Shown in pieces: positions 11,652-24,646 of a stretch of DNA of 64,000 nucleotides. The DNA lies in contig NC_068995.1 in assembly GCF_001194135.2 (NCBI RefSeq), positions 33,500,170 to 33,564,169 of the forward strand, given 5' to 3'. How positions within the stretch are numbered: position 1 is the first letter of the stretch; every line of letters starts with the position of its first letter. Under the pieces are notes generated by a model that saw nothing but the letters and a program-made list of their open reading frames with translations, was not told the origin of the DNA and did no database searches. The position numbers and the translations under genes are program-made. Source of the stretch: Octopus bimaculoides. Its lineage: Eukaryota.

Positions 11652-12045
11652 GGAGGCACAATGGCCCAGTGGTTAGGGCAGCGGACTCGCGCTCATAGGA
11701 TCGTGGTTTCGATTCCAAGACCTGGCATTGTGAGTGTCTATTGAGCGAAAACACCTAAAGCTCCACGAGGCTCCGCCAGGGGATGGTGGTGAACCCTGCT
11801 GTACTTTTCCACCACAACTTCCTCTCACTCTTACTTCCTGTTTCTGTTGTACCTGTATTTCAAAGGGCCAGCCTTGTCACACTGTGTCACGCTGAATGTC
11901 CCCGAGAACTACGTTAAAGGTACACGTGTCTGTGGAGTGCTCAGCCACTTGCATGTTAATTTCGCGAGCAGGCTGTTCCATTGATCGGATCAACTGGAAC
12001 CCTCGACGTCGTAAGCGACGGAGTGCCAATAACAACAACAACAAC
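11652..12045 (+). mobile_element. tRNA-derived SINE with (AAC)n tail, family A copy 1
   Basis: A-box-like tggcccagtgg, B-box-like ggtttcgattcc, (aac)n tail. Highly similar to 12788-13176 and 40631-41016. Confidence 0.9.
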
Positions 12046-12152
12046 AGTATATCTATCTCTCTTGATAATCATCCAAGCATCACTGTTAAATTAACGGCTA
12101 GTAAGACTGGTTGCCATCACTGTTGAAATTGACAACTAATGTGACTAGTTGA

Positions 12153-12618
12153 CATCATCATCATTTAATGTCCATTTTCCATGCTGATTTGGCATTGTTT
12201 CTATGGCTGGATGCCCTTCCTAGCACCAACCACTCCAACTGTGTAACGGGTGCTTTTTTACATTCCACCAGCACAGGTGCCATTTACATGACATTGGCAA
12301 TGGCCACGACTAAAATTTTACTTGACTTGACAAGTCTTCTCAAGCACAGCATATCGCCAAAGGTCTCAGTCACTTGTTAATTGCCTCTGTCAGACCCAAC
12401 ATTCGAAGATCGTGCTTCACCACCCCCTCCCATGACTTCCTACATCTATCTCTTTCACAGGTTCCCCCCACAGTTAGAGACTGGCACTTCTTTACACAGC
12501 TGTCCTCATTCATATGCATCACATGACCATACCAACACAGTTGTCTCTCTTGCACATTACATCTGATGCCTCTTAAACCCAGTTTTTCTCTCAAGACGCT
12601 TACACTGTCGTATATGCA
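12153..12618 (-). mobile_element. RTE-type LINE 3' fragment
   Basis: Minus-strand VQERQLCWYGHVMHMNEDSCVKKCQSLTVGGTC...W..VVKHDLRMLGLTEA, ending in the (CAT)n tail at 12153. Confidence 0.85.
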
Positions 12619-12787
12619 CATCACTGTTGAAATTGACAGCTGTCATTGCTTAAGAAAATGTCGACTAGGACAGCTTGCTATCATCAACTGTCATCAAAGT
12701 AATTAGCATAAATGCTTTAAAGATCCATATCATTTAGTTGTTTATCAATTACATGTGGTACATAAGTGTTGCTATCATTCTGTTACT

Positions 12788-13176
12788 TTGTGGAGGCGCA
12801 ATGGCCCAGTGGTTATGGCAGCGGACTCGCGGTCATAGGATCGTGGTTTTGATTCCCAGACCGGGTGTTGTGAGTGTATATTGAGCGAAAACACCTAAAG
12901 CTCCATGAGGCTCCGACAGGGGATGGTGGCGAACCCTGCTGTACTCTTTCACCACAACTTTCTCTTACTCTTACTTCCTGTTTCTGTTGTGCCTGTAATT
13001 CAAAGGGTCAGCCTTGTCACACTGTGTCACGCTGAATATCCCCGAGAACTACATGACGGGTACACGTGTCTGGATAGCTCAGCCACTTGCACGTTAATTT
13101 CATGAGCAGGCTGTTCCGTTGATTGGATCAACTGGAACCCTCAACGTCGTAAGTGATGGAGTGTCAACAACAACAA
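12788..13176 (+). mobile_element. tRNA-derived SINE, family A copy 2
   Basis: Same head, body and tail as copy 1. 12-bp TSD cattctgttact at 12776-12787 and 13177-13188. Confidence 0.92.
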
Positions 13177-14089
13177 CATTCTGTTACTCATTTTAACTGC
13201 TTTAAACCACCTGCAGATAGGGTCTTGATCCTCTGAAAAGAATTTGAATATGTATATACAGGTAGGGTATACATACATATATTTATATTGCAAAGTAGTT
13301 GCTAGTATAATTGATGTAACAGATATCTAAAAGAAACTTTAATTAAATATTGATTGCCATAGAGAGTGAATTTGATATTCAGAAGAACCTGCTTACATCT
13401 TACTAGGCCACCTCAACAAAGTATAATTTATCTGGACAGGTTTCTATCTTGCTAGGCCTTCTCAGCAAAGCATAGTCTTTTCATTACTGCAAATATAAGA
13501 TGACTGAAGAAATAAAATAGCATCTTTATTAAAGGTAAAACTCACTCCTTCTGCATTCTATATATTACCAAACTTTTGGGCTGTCTGGCTTCTCTTCTTT
13601 TATCTCTTCTTTATTTTACTAGGCCTATTCATTTAGGTATTGTCATTTTCAACACTCAAGATGTACTTTTAATTAATTGAAATGTTTTGGTTTACTGCAT
13701 CAAGTATGTACTATTAAGCTTTCGTGCAGCTGAAGTCACTGGATATCCTTCCTTTGTCAGCTTTCAATAGCTATGTATATACATATTTAGCTGAGCTTCA
13801 AGCCACACATGTATGCCTTTGCATGTGAAGATGTTAAAATAAATGTCAGGTTAGTGTGTAAACACACAAAATGGATTTAAGAGGTATGGTTGTCTTCAGT
13901 AACTTGAGTAGAAGGTTATAAGTTATGGAGGAGTGGTTGTTTGTTATGAAATAGGTATATCTGTAATGTCAGGAATGAAAGAGGTGGGTGTTTACATTTG
14001 AATTGTTTTATGTAACCTATTAATGCATAGTGCCACAACAATAAGACTGTATGAAGTATTCATTGCTTCTAGTTACTTAGTTTTCTATC

Positions 14090-14530
14090 TTTAGTGGTTA
14101 GGGTAATTGGCTCACAATTGAAAGGTCATGAGTTCGATTCCCAGCAGTGCATTGTGTCCTTGAACAAGTCTCTTTATTTCATGTTGTTCCAGTACACTCA
14201 GCTGACAAAAGTGAGTTGTACTTGTAATTCAAAGGGCCAGTCTTGTCACATTCTGTGCCACACTGAATCTCCCTCTTAACAGTACACATGTTTGTAAGAT
14301 ACTCAGCCACTTGTTGTGTGTGAGGGCGCAAGGCCTAGTAGTGAGGGTGTTGTACTCACGATTGCGAGATCGTGGTTTCAATTCCTAGACTAGGTGGTGC
14401 ATTGTGTTCTTGAGCAAAACACCTCATGTTGTGTTGCTCTGCGATCACTTTAACACCTGACATGTGGGGGTACACAGTGCACCTGTTCAGACAGTGTTGA
14501 TTTGATGAGAGAGTGAGCTAATGTGCGAAA
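14090..14530 (+). mobile_element. Two adjacent degenerate tRNA-derived SINEs
   Basis: B-box-like gagttcgattccc (~14130) and ggtttcaattcc (~14375). The body shares ttcaaagggccag.cttgtcaca with family A. Confidence 0.65.
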
Positions 14531-15297
14531 CAAATCATTTGTGCAGTTTGTTTGGCATAAGCTGAACACTCATACATCATTTTCAATGGCAGAGTCTCTA
14601 CGTTCAAATACATCACTGGTAACTCTGAGTTATTTCCCTTAGCTGATTTTTGTTTAATGTATGAAAATAATCTAGGCCATAAGTGTGTTCTACAATTTTT
14701 TAATATAAGCCCAAGTATCTTGGCTACTGAAGGTAATATCAGACAATTGTCATGCAGATGATAACTATAGAACCAGAAACACGTGTCCACAACTGTCCTC
14801 TTATCTGTGGACAAGAAGCCTGTCCTTTTCTTTACTTGCATGTCAACTTTGAGAAATCCTTGAATCTTGAGATTATCTCCCTTCCTTAAAGGGAGTTAGT
14901 CTTAATTGCCATTTGGTATTTATGTATTCCCTTCTATCCCCATCTTTATCCATTTGCCATTCTCCTTTCAGCTCTTGCAAGCTTACTTACCTACTCACTC
15001 ACCCTGTCCAATCCTCTCTCTACCACTTCACTTATATTCATCTCCTTGTAACTTGAAGCTAGGCTCTGACATTTTTTCGCCACCATTTCTCTCTCCTCTA
15101 CATCCTTTTTTCCAAATGGGGTGGTCATATATCTCCCATACCTATAGATACTTCACTATAAAAATACAGAGGATGTAAGATAGGAGATGTAAAAATAGTG
15201 ATGGGAGTAAGTCAATCGCTGAAAGATTATTAAAAAAGAAAGACTTAGAACTACAAAATAATGCTTGAGAGTTTACACTTAAGACAATACAACACTA

Positions 15298-15332
<35 letters not shown>

Positions 15333-15334
15333 AT

Positions 15335-15700
15335 TACTTGTTTCAGTATTTAGATTGTGGCCATGCTGGGGCACCACCTTGAGAAACTTTTGGCCGAACT
15401 AATTGACCTCAGTACTTATTTTTGTTAAGCCTGGTATTTATTCTCTCAGTTCCTTTTGACGAACTGCTAAGTTATGGGGATGTAAACAAACCAACACTGG
15501 TTGTCAAGTGGTGGTGGGAGACAAACTTTGATGTAAAGACACATAGATACACAACAGGCTTCTTTCAGTTTCCATTTACCAAATCCACTCATGAAGCTTT
15601 GGTTGGCCTGAGGCTATAGTAGAAGACATTTGCTCCAGGTATTACACAGTGTAACTGAACCTGGAACCATGTGGTAGGGAAGCAAGCTTCTTACCTCTCA
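15335..15700 (-). mobile_element. Composite SINE with microsatellite core (family C)
   Basis: The head matches the reverse complement of 37852-38015. The 3' part matches the reverse complement of 62870-63125. Confidence 0.75.
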
Positions 15701-15751
15701 TTCCAGGAGAAAACCAATATATTATTGCNNNNNNNNNNACATATATATATA

Positions 15752-16320
15752 TCATCATCATCATCATCATCATTTAACGTCCGCCTTCCATGCTAGCAAG
15801 GGTTGGACAATTTGACAGAGGACTGGCGAACCAGATGGCTACACCAGGCTCCAATCTGATTTGGCAGAGTTTCTACAGCTGGATGCCCTTCCTAACGCCA
15901 ACCACTCTGAGAGTGTAGTGGGTGCTTTTACGTGCCACCGGCTTGAAGGTCACGCTCAAAATGATGTATTTTACGTGCCACCTGCACAGGAACCAGTCCA
16001 GCGGCACTGGCAACGACTTCGCTCGAATGTCTTTGCACATGCCACCGGCACAAGTGCCAGTAAGGCGACACTGGTAACAATTACGCTCAAATGGTGCTAT
16101 TTACGTGCCACTGGCATGGAAGCCAGACAGCTGCTCTGGCAACAATCACACTCAGACAGTGCTGTTAGTGCCCCACTGGCACAGGTGCCAGTCATCGAAT
16201 ATGGTTCAATTACGATTTCGATTTCACTTGCCCCAACAGGTCTTTGCAAGCCAAGTTTAGTGTCCAAAGAAGGAGAGGTTGGCATGGGTGCCAGTCGTCA
16301 AATTTGGTTCGATTTTGATT
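15752..16320 (-). mobile_element. RTE-related 3' end / SINE with (CAT)n tail
   Basis: Reverse complement of the 17250-17425 and 47305-47730 ends, with internal gtgcca-rich tandem units. Confidence 0.85.
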
Positions 16321-16359
16321 TCACTTGCCTCATATATATTGTATTATATATATATATAT

Positions 16360-17425
16360 ATGCCTTAGAGTCAACCTAGCTAAAACCAAAGTCCTAATAA
16401 GTAGAAAGGTAGACAAACCACAAACCCCTTCAGGTAGATGGCCCTGCTCAATCTGTAGAAAAGGCGTAGGTAGAAACTCTACAAGATGTACCCAGTGTAA
16501 GCTATGGACACATAAGAGGTGCAGCAATATCAAAGGAATGCTAACTAGCAAGATAGTTCTTGTATGTGGCAGATGCTCAGGAGCAATAAACACTGAAAAT
16601 GTGCAGAGAACAACTTCTGCACATTCCAGGGAGAAAAAAACTAGAAGTAGTTGATAGCTTGTTACCTAGGTGACCAAGTCAGTAGCGGGGGAAGGTGCGC
16701 TGAAAGTGTAGCTGCTAGAAAAAGAATAGCCTGGGCTAAGTTCAGAGTGCTCTTACCTCTGCTGGTGACAAAGGGCCTCTCGCTCAGAGTAAAAGGCAGA
16801 CTGTATGACATGTGTACGAACAGCCATGCTACATGTCAGTGAAGGATGGGCCGTGACTGCAAGGAATGTAGCCAGTATGCACCGATGGATGTGTAATGTT
16901 AGTGTGCATACTCGACAGAGTGTTAGTACCTTGAGAGAAAAGTCGGATCTAAGAAGCATCAGTTGTGGTGTGCAAGAGAGACAATTGCGCTAGTATGGAC
17001 ATGTGGCAAGAATGGATGAGGCTAGCTGTGTGAAAAAGTGCCATAGCCTAGCAGTTGAGGGTACCTGTGGAAAAGGTAGACCCAGGAAGACCTGGGATGA
17101 GGTGGTGAAGCACGGCCTTCGAACATTAAGCCTCACCGAGGCAATGACTAGTGACCGAGACCTTTGGAAATATGCTGTGTGTGAGAAGACCCAGCAAGAC
17201 AAGTGAGACCACAACCCGTGGCCTTTACCAGGGGTGTAGCCAGCCCACTTATGCATACCTTTCCTTCTTTGGACACAAATCCCTGCTTGCAAAGACCTGT
17301 TGAGGCAAGTGAAATCGAAATCAAACCAAATTCGACAGCCATCTGGTTCACCAGTCCTCAGTCAAATCGTCCAACCCATGCTAGCATGGAAAGCAGACGT
17401 TAAATGATGATGATGATGATGATGA
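16360..17425 (+). mobile_element. 5'-truncated RTE-clade LINE (post-RT region with PHD-like finger, 3' UTR, (GAT)n tail)
   Basis: Frameshifted ORF: VNLAKTKVL...WPCSICRKGVGRNSTRCTQCKLWTHKRC...CGRC...YLGDQVSSGG.CAESVAAR.RIAWAKFR.LLPLL...LSLRVKGRLY..CVRTAMLH.SE.W...W.G.CGKGRPRKTWDEVV. Confidence 0.9.
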
Positions 17426-17426
17426 T

Positions 17427-17457
<31 letters not shown>

Positions 17458-18379
17458 CACATTCACCCCTCCTCACCGCCAGCTCTCAGATACCCAACTG
17501 TTTGGCTAACATGTACACACACATACCCCATAGACTCAGCAGGCTGTTGTGGTCAGTGACAGTAAATTAGATGCCCATGTTGATTTACAATGTGACATCA
17601 ACTGCCTTGAGTACCTGCATCCCCTATCTATATATATATTTACATATTCATGTAGGCATACATATACAAACACACAGACACTCTCCCACACTGACAAATA
17701 TGTATGGCTATACACAAAGTCAGTCTTTGATTTGGGTAGTAGTTTATATGCACAAATATATGAGAGTTTGTATACAATGAGATGTATCTCATTGTATATT
17801 ACACTCGAGCAATAATGGCATGGTCAGTATATATGCATTGATAAAATAAAAAGTCAGTAACATTTAATAACACACTACAGTCTAATTTTGCACATATTCT
17901 GTCTTATGTATAAAATTAGGTAGATTATCAACTTCAAACAATACAGTAGGTCCAGAAAGTAACTTCATAGTACATATCCTTAACATTTATACCAAAGTGT
18001 TTCCATCGAAGGAGAGATTTGGTTGACTGGCTATTATCATAGGTAATCTGTAATTAATTGATTAATTACTGCTACTATATTGTGAAATGTTAAATTTCAT
18101 CTTGTGTTGGCATCTTATTAATGTTTCTGAAAATTTATTAATAATCTTTTCATTGCTCAATATTATGCATAGTGATTCCTCAGAGCATAGTCTGCACTTC
18201 CTAGAGAGGGCATCATATGGGTGTGCATGTTTTATTATTGATCAGTTTAAAATATATTTTACCTTATCCTTGTTTAGCTTCCATTTAAGGTTGGCCAATG
18301 ATGTTGAATGTCTGTTATCAATCCTGTTGAAACTAGCAACATGATTTTGATATTAATTTTTTTTTAATCAGCTGATGCA

Positions 18380-18470
<91 letters not shown>

Positions 18471-19790
18471 GCCTCCCTGGTGTTCACTATGCATTTGTAT
18501 ACCACATTTTGGTGCATACATAGATTCTGCAAAGGTCATTTTCTTTTGTCCTTGCATGTGCATTTGTTGCTTGGTACATCTTTATGTCTATTATCCTCTT
18601 TTTCCTCCTCTTTGTAGCTGTAGTTTCGACACTATCTCTTTTATTATATGGCTCCCAACAATTATTAGTGAATCAGTTACTAGTGTAATTCATTTTATTA
18701 GCATTGTAACTATTAGAGATTGGATGACTTGTTCTTTCCTTATTTGCCGAGTCCCTTGTGGAAAAACTGTCTTTTGTTATGGACCCACTACTACTGTATT
18801 TATTTTTATATATTTCTACTGCATTTAGTTTTAAATAATGGACAGAGTCAAGACTATTGAAATGTAAAGACAGAATCTCTACACAAGAAAGAATCAACAA
18901 GGAGAAATCCTTTTTAATCCTCCTTATACACATCTATATTAAAATGTGCTTTCAGTTTATCATTCTGCCTTATTATTATTTTTTATTTTCCTATTATTTC
19001 TCCACCTGCGGTTAACACAACCCCACCATTTACTGACTTATATATATATATATATTATATTGTTCTCTAAAATTTGTAGGCACTCTTGTTTTAAACTGGC
19101 CATTGCTTGGCCGCGATAGTAACTGGTCATTGTTCTCTAAAATTTGTATATATATATATATATATATANNNNNNNNNNNNNNNNNNNNNNNNNNNNNNNN
19201 NNNNNNNNNNNNNNNNNNNNNNNNNNNNNNNNNNNNNNNNNNNNNNNNNNNNNNNNNNNNNNNNNNNNNNNNNNNNNNNNNNNNNNNNNNNNNNNNNNNN
19301 NNNNNNNNNNNNNNNNNNNNNNNNNNNNNNNNNNNNNNNNNNNNNNNNNNNNNNNNNNNNNNNNNNNNNNNNNNNNNNNNNNNNNNNNNNNNNNNNNNNN
19401 NNNNNNNNNNNNNNNNNNNNNNNNNNNNNNNNNNNNNNNNNNNNNNNNNNNNNNNNNNNNNNNNNNNNNNNNNNNNNNNNNNNNNNNNNNNNNNNNNNNN
19501 NNNNNNNNNNNNNNNNNNNNNNNNNNNNNNNNNNNNNNNNNNNNNNNNNNNNNNNNNNNNNNNNNNNNNNNNNNNNNNNNNNNNNNNNNNNNNNNNNNNN
19601 NNNNNNNNNNNNNNNNNNNNNNNNNNNNNNNNNNNNNNNNNNNNNNNNNNNNNNNNNNNNNNNNNNNNNNNNNNNNNNNNNNNNNNNNNNNNNNNNNNNN
19701 NNNNNNNNNNNNNNNNNNNNNNNNNNNNNNNNNNNNNNNNNNNNNNNNNNNNNNNNNNNNNNNNNNNNNNNNNNNNNNNNNNNNNNNNNN

Positions 19791-19975
19791 GACACGTAAA
19801 AGCACCCACTACACTCTCTGAGTGGTTGGCGTTAGGAAGGGCATCCAGCTGTAGAAACTCTGCCAAATCAGACTGGAGCCTGGTGTTGCCATCCGGTTTC
19901 ACCAGTCCTCAGTCAAATCGTCCAACCCATGCTAGCATGGAAAGCGGACGTTAAACGATGATGATGATGATGATG
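19791..19975 (+). mobile_element. SINE/RTE-type 3' end with (GAT)n tail
   Basis: ggcgttaggaagggcatccagctgtagaaac...ccatgctagcatggaaagcggacgttaaacgatgatg. The 5' part is in an assembly gap. Confidence 0.85.
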
Positions 19976-20639
19976 ATATATATATATATAAATTGGGTTT
20001 TACTTATGTCTCTCACTGTTGCTATGTTCTCCCCAACAATAGTATACTGGCCATTGCTCCTGCTTCACTATGGTTACATGCTGCTATTTCTATTTCCCAT
20101 AGTGAAACTGTCCAACTTATTTGACCATGTCTGGCTGTAGATTATATAAAGGACCTTTAGCACATGGTTTCTCAGACTTTCATGTAGTTTTATGCTGCTG
20201 CTTGCTTCACTGTTGTTGACTGACACTCACAATATGCACAGCTGAGCTAAGAATTTCTCTCGTTCTTAATTGCTTCATTCATTCATCTAACCCGTATTAC
20301 TAACATGTACTTTCGTAACCTGTAATTATCTAAATTAATTCTTCAATTGTGTTTACACGTTGGAAAGGCTTCATTGTGTTTATTAAGCAATTGAGGTGAG
20401 TTATGGGTTAAAATTTTGAGGGCTCTTTTAAGCAGAATCCACAAATGGAGTGCTGGCCCTGATATGGGAAACCAGAGCCTATTAGTCTCTATTGCAGGTG
20501 TACAAAAATGTCAATTTAAGGTAATGAAACAAAGTATTATTGTTATATTACCATTTTATTGTAATAATGAAACACACTACCGAAGAATAGCAACAAAAGA
20601 TATGAAACAAACACAATTTGTTGGTGTTGTACTTTATTT

Positions 20640-21680
20640 GTCTACGTAACTTCCTTGTTTAAAAATGGCATCAAACAGTCTTTTGTCCACAGAAGCTGTT
20701 GGCCAACTAATCTGAGAAGATGTTTTGGTATCAGAAACTGTTTTGATCTTTCCCCACAGAGCTTCCTTGATAAAAACTGGATACCTCCTTCATACACCTT
20801 CTTCTTCAAGATCGACCAGAGCTGTTCGATAGGGTTTAGGCCAGGAGAACAGGAAGGCCAAATCATGAGTGACTGGTCTGTAATTCCCAAAGTTGCGAGG
20901 TATGAAATTGTACCCTTGGTTGAATGCGAAGGAGCATTGTCTTGCATAAAAATCAATTGCCATCAGCATTAGAGTGGCAGATCATCTAACCATGCTGCAA
21001 AATGCTTCCCCAGAAACACAATGTAGGAATTGCTGGTGAGTTTGACACCTTCCCGTACTCAGAATGGCCCGACAAGTTCATTTCCTATGATTCCCACCCA
21101 AAACATGACCTCCTTGTTGATGCCAAATATGACGCGGGCAAGAAGCTCCAAGAGGCACCCATACTTTGGTGCATCTGTCGGGGCCATCCAGCATAGCTCT
21201 GGCCTCATCCGTGAAGAGGACATCTTGGAAATTGATCTTCATGTACTTCTGTGCCCAATCAATACGCTTCTCTTTGTAGTTCTTGCTTAGGATGGGTCTA
21301 GCAATGCACTTAACACTTCTGGCCATCTCTTTAAGGATCCTACACTAGGTGCTTCTGGACAAAGGAGCAACCTCAGCACTTTCAAATATGGCAGCACTTG
21401 TGCTACCGAGGTCTTTTCTTATTTGTCTACCCATTTTTCGGATGTCACGCTGGAATACACTTCTTCTCTTACCTTTATTTTGCCTTGGTTTGGTGATGGG
21501 GTTTTCCACATATGCCTTCAATGTTCTTGTATTCCGACCAAGCTCTTGGGCTAATTCTCCCACATAAGCTTTCTGTGAGATCTGCAACAATCTGTGTCTT
21601 CTCTTTAGCTGTCAGACATTGTTTCAGGGGCTTTTTCATACATCTGCAATAACTCAACATAACTTTGTATGTCACTTATC
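20640..21680 (-). mobile_element. Decayed Tc1-like transposase, DD37E type; ends not resolved
   Basis: Fragments VLFTDEARAMLDGPD and FMQDNAPSH...WPSCSPGLNPIEQLWSILKKKVYEGG. I count 37 residues between the second D and the E. Confidence 0.85.
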
Positions 21681-23940
21681 AATGTGATTGAAATGTTCAC
21701 TGCATATGTACCTACCTAGGATCTTTTAGTGGACCAAGTTTCATGTTTGTACACTTTGTAATTTTCAAAATATCAACAAAAATTTGACCTTGAGTGAAGC
21801 AATTTTGGTTTTAAAAAAAAATTGTTAATAATTTCAGAGGAAAATGTGATTTAAGAGAGATCTGGCTGTTGTTTCTAGCACTTCCCCAAACCTCCCTCTT
21901 TGTTTCTTTCTCGCTTACACATCTATTGATATTTTTCAATATTTTTCTTCCCATAAACAAATTTTATGGAATGATGATGTCAAAGTAACATACATGTAGT
22001 CCCAACCGATCGAAGCTGTGTTAAGTGTGTAAAAAAAACCCCACCTATAATCATCTTTAGTGTTCATATTAATCTGTGAAATGTAATGCTTATTTGTTCA
22101 CATTATTTTGAATTATTGAGGTTCAAGCGGTGTGTCCACAGAATTTGCTTGTAACTTTGTAAATTTTTTTACGTACAGGTTTGAAATTTTGTCAGTGAGT
22201 GCTTTATCTATCACTGGTTTATAGTTATGCAATTTTAGCTGATCTCGCCGAGTAAATTTGACTTTTATAGGCAGGTAAATTTAATTAACAGGTATAAAAG
22301 CAATAACATTATGGATAGATACTAAAATTGAAATTGTTAATGCATCTTAACTGCTTGATTTGTTATTAAAATTATTCCAGATGGCAACCAACAAAAATTT
22401 TGTCACTTTTCAAGATGAGGTACATTAATTTGAATTAATTAAAATACAGGTTTAATCGGTACAAGATTTTATTCTTTTGGTAAATATTTTGTACCTCAGT
22501 GTGGAATAATTTAATCCACAGTTTTTTTCGGGTGCATTCAAACCTGCTGCAAGCCACTTTTTTCTGGAAAAGAAAGGTGAGAGGGGTGGTGGGACCTTGG
22601 AGTTTCCCAGCAACAGAGTTTTGTTTCATGGGTCTTTTTTTCTTCTTCAGGTTTTTTTGCATACTTTCAACAAATGTGACATCTAGAAAAGGAAAAATTT
22701 GGCTGCTGTTTCTAGCATGCCCTGCTCCTACATAACAGCTANNNNNNNNNNNNNNNNNNNNNNNNNNNNNNNNNNNNNNNNNNNNNNNNNNNNNNNNNNN
22801 NNNNNNNNNNNNNNNNNNNNNNNNNNNNNNNNNNNNNNNNNNNNNNNNNNNNNNNNNNNNNNNNNNNNNNNNNNNNNNNNNNNNNNNNNNNNNNNNNNNN
22901 NNNNNNNNNNNNNNNNNNNNNNNNNNNNNNNNNNNNNNNNNNNNNNNNNNNNNNNNNNNNNNNNNNNNNNNNNNNNNNNNNNNNNNNNNNNNNNNNNNNN
23001 NNNNNNNNNNNNNNNNNNNNNNNNNNNNNNNNNNNNNNNNNNNNNNNNNNNNNNNNNNNNNNNNNNNNNNNNNNNNNNNNNNNNNNNNNNNNNNNNNNNN
23101 NNNNNNNNNNNNNNNNNNNNNNNNNNNNNNNNNNNNNNNNNNNNNNNNNNNNNNNNNNNNNNNNNNNNNNNNNNNNNNNNNNNNNNNNNNNNNNNNNNNN
23201 NNNNNNNNNNNNNNNNNNNNNNNNNNNNNNNNNNNNNNNNNNNNNNNNNNNNNNNNNNNNNNNNNNNNNNNNNNNNNNNNNNNNNNNNNNNNNNNNNNNN
23301 NNNNNNNNNNNNNNNNNNNNNNNNNNNNNNNNNNNNNNNNNNNNNNNNNNNNNNNNNNNNNNNNNNNNNNNNNNNNNNNNNNNNNNNNNNNNNNNNNNNN
23401 NNNNNNNNNNNNNNNNNNNNNNNNNNNNNNNNNNNNNNNNNNNNNNNNNNNNNNNNNNNNNNNNNNNNNNNNNNNNNNNNNNNNNNNNNNNNNNNNNNNN
23501 NNNNNNNNNNNNNNNNNNNNNNNNNNNNNNNNNGATCAAGTGGAAACACATCATTCACTGTTCCCTCTTGACAGGACAAAAAATTTCTGGCTGTCTTTGC
23601 AAGTAATAAGTGAGCGGATTTGGTTTCAAATCCAGGCAGGTCCTACAAGTTATTTATAATAATAAATGGTATTATTTCGGGTTTGAAAGAATGACACGTA
23701 CAATATTAAATATGCTAAGACAATCTGAAAACAATGGAAATGTTTAAACATTTACCAGTTTTTATGAAATTTATGGATTAACAAACTTGAGTTAACAGAA
23801 GCTAAATGTATAACGGAAGTTAATTAGTCTGATAATGATTTTCAAAGTTAACTTAAAAGTTAAATTGTTAACGAAAATGTCAACTTTGTTAATTAACGAT
23901 TAATGGATTAATGGACTTGCGCCCAGCTCTGTGTGTATAT

Positions 23941-24254
23941 ATCATCATCATCATCATCATCGTTTAACGTCCGCCTTCCATGCTAGCATGGGTTGGACGA
24001 TTTGACTGAGGACTGGTGAAACCGGATGGCAATACCAGGCTCCAATCTAATTTGGCAGAGTTTCTACAGCTGGATGCCCTTCCTAACGCCAACCACTCAG
24101 AGAGTGTAGTGGGTGCTTTTACGTGTCACCCGCACGAAAACGGCCACGCTCGAAATGGTGTCTTTTATGTTCCACCCGCACAAGAGCCAGTCCCGGGGCA
24201 CCGGCAACGATCTCGCTCGAAAAACCTCATGTGTCGCCCGCACATGAGCCAGTC
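23941..24254 (-). mobile_element. SINE/RTE-type 3' end with (CAT)n tail
   Basis: Near-identical to the reverse complement of 19791-19975. Runs into an assembly gap. Confidence 0.85.
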
Positions 24255-24646
24255 NNNNNNNNNNNNNNNNNNNNNNNNNNNNNNNNNNNNNNNNNNNNNN
24301 NNNNNNNNNNNNNNNNNNNNNNNNNNNNNNNNNNNNNNNNNNNNNNNNNNNNNNNNNNNNNNNNNNNNNNNNNNNNNNNNNNNNNNNNNNNNNNNNNNNN
24401 NNNNNNNNNNNNNNNNNNNNNNNNNNNNNNNNNNNNNNNNNNNNNNNNNNNNNNNNNNNNNNNNNNNNNNNNNNNNNNNNNNNNNNNNNNNNNNNNNNNN
24501 NNNNNNNNNNNNNNNNNNNNNNNNNNNNNNNNNNNNNNNNNNNNNNNNNNNNNNNNNNNNNNNNNNNNNNNNNNNNNNNNNNNNNNNNNNNNNNNNNNNN
24601 NNNNNNNNNNNNNNNNNNNNNNNNNNNNNNNNNNNNNNNNNNNNNN

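Noticed and set aside
11652-11725. tRNA genes here and at ~12792, ~40945-41013 and ~14095
   Set aside because: They are SINE heads: A/B boxes continue into a shared ~390-bp body with a tail and TSDs, and there is no complete cloverleaf.
12115-12638. 20-bp direct repeat catcactgttgaaattgaca flanking the RTE fragment
   Set aside because: The left copy does not abut the LINE tail and a third variant lies at ~12078. It looks like a short local tandem repeat hit by the LINE, not a clean TSD.
18480-18930. Possible piggyBac transposase C-terminal Cys-rich relic on the minus strand
   Set aside because: Only a vague C..K...KCG...EH resemblance; too decayed to call.
19030-19954. Long ORFs of 130-425 aa here and at 22.7-23.6, 24.0-24.7, 27.1-27.5, 35.0-36.3, 38.0-38.3 and 59.9-60.7 kb
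   Set aside because: Artefacts of N-gaps and (TA)n/(CA)n microsatellites; no real coding content.
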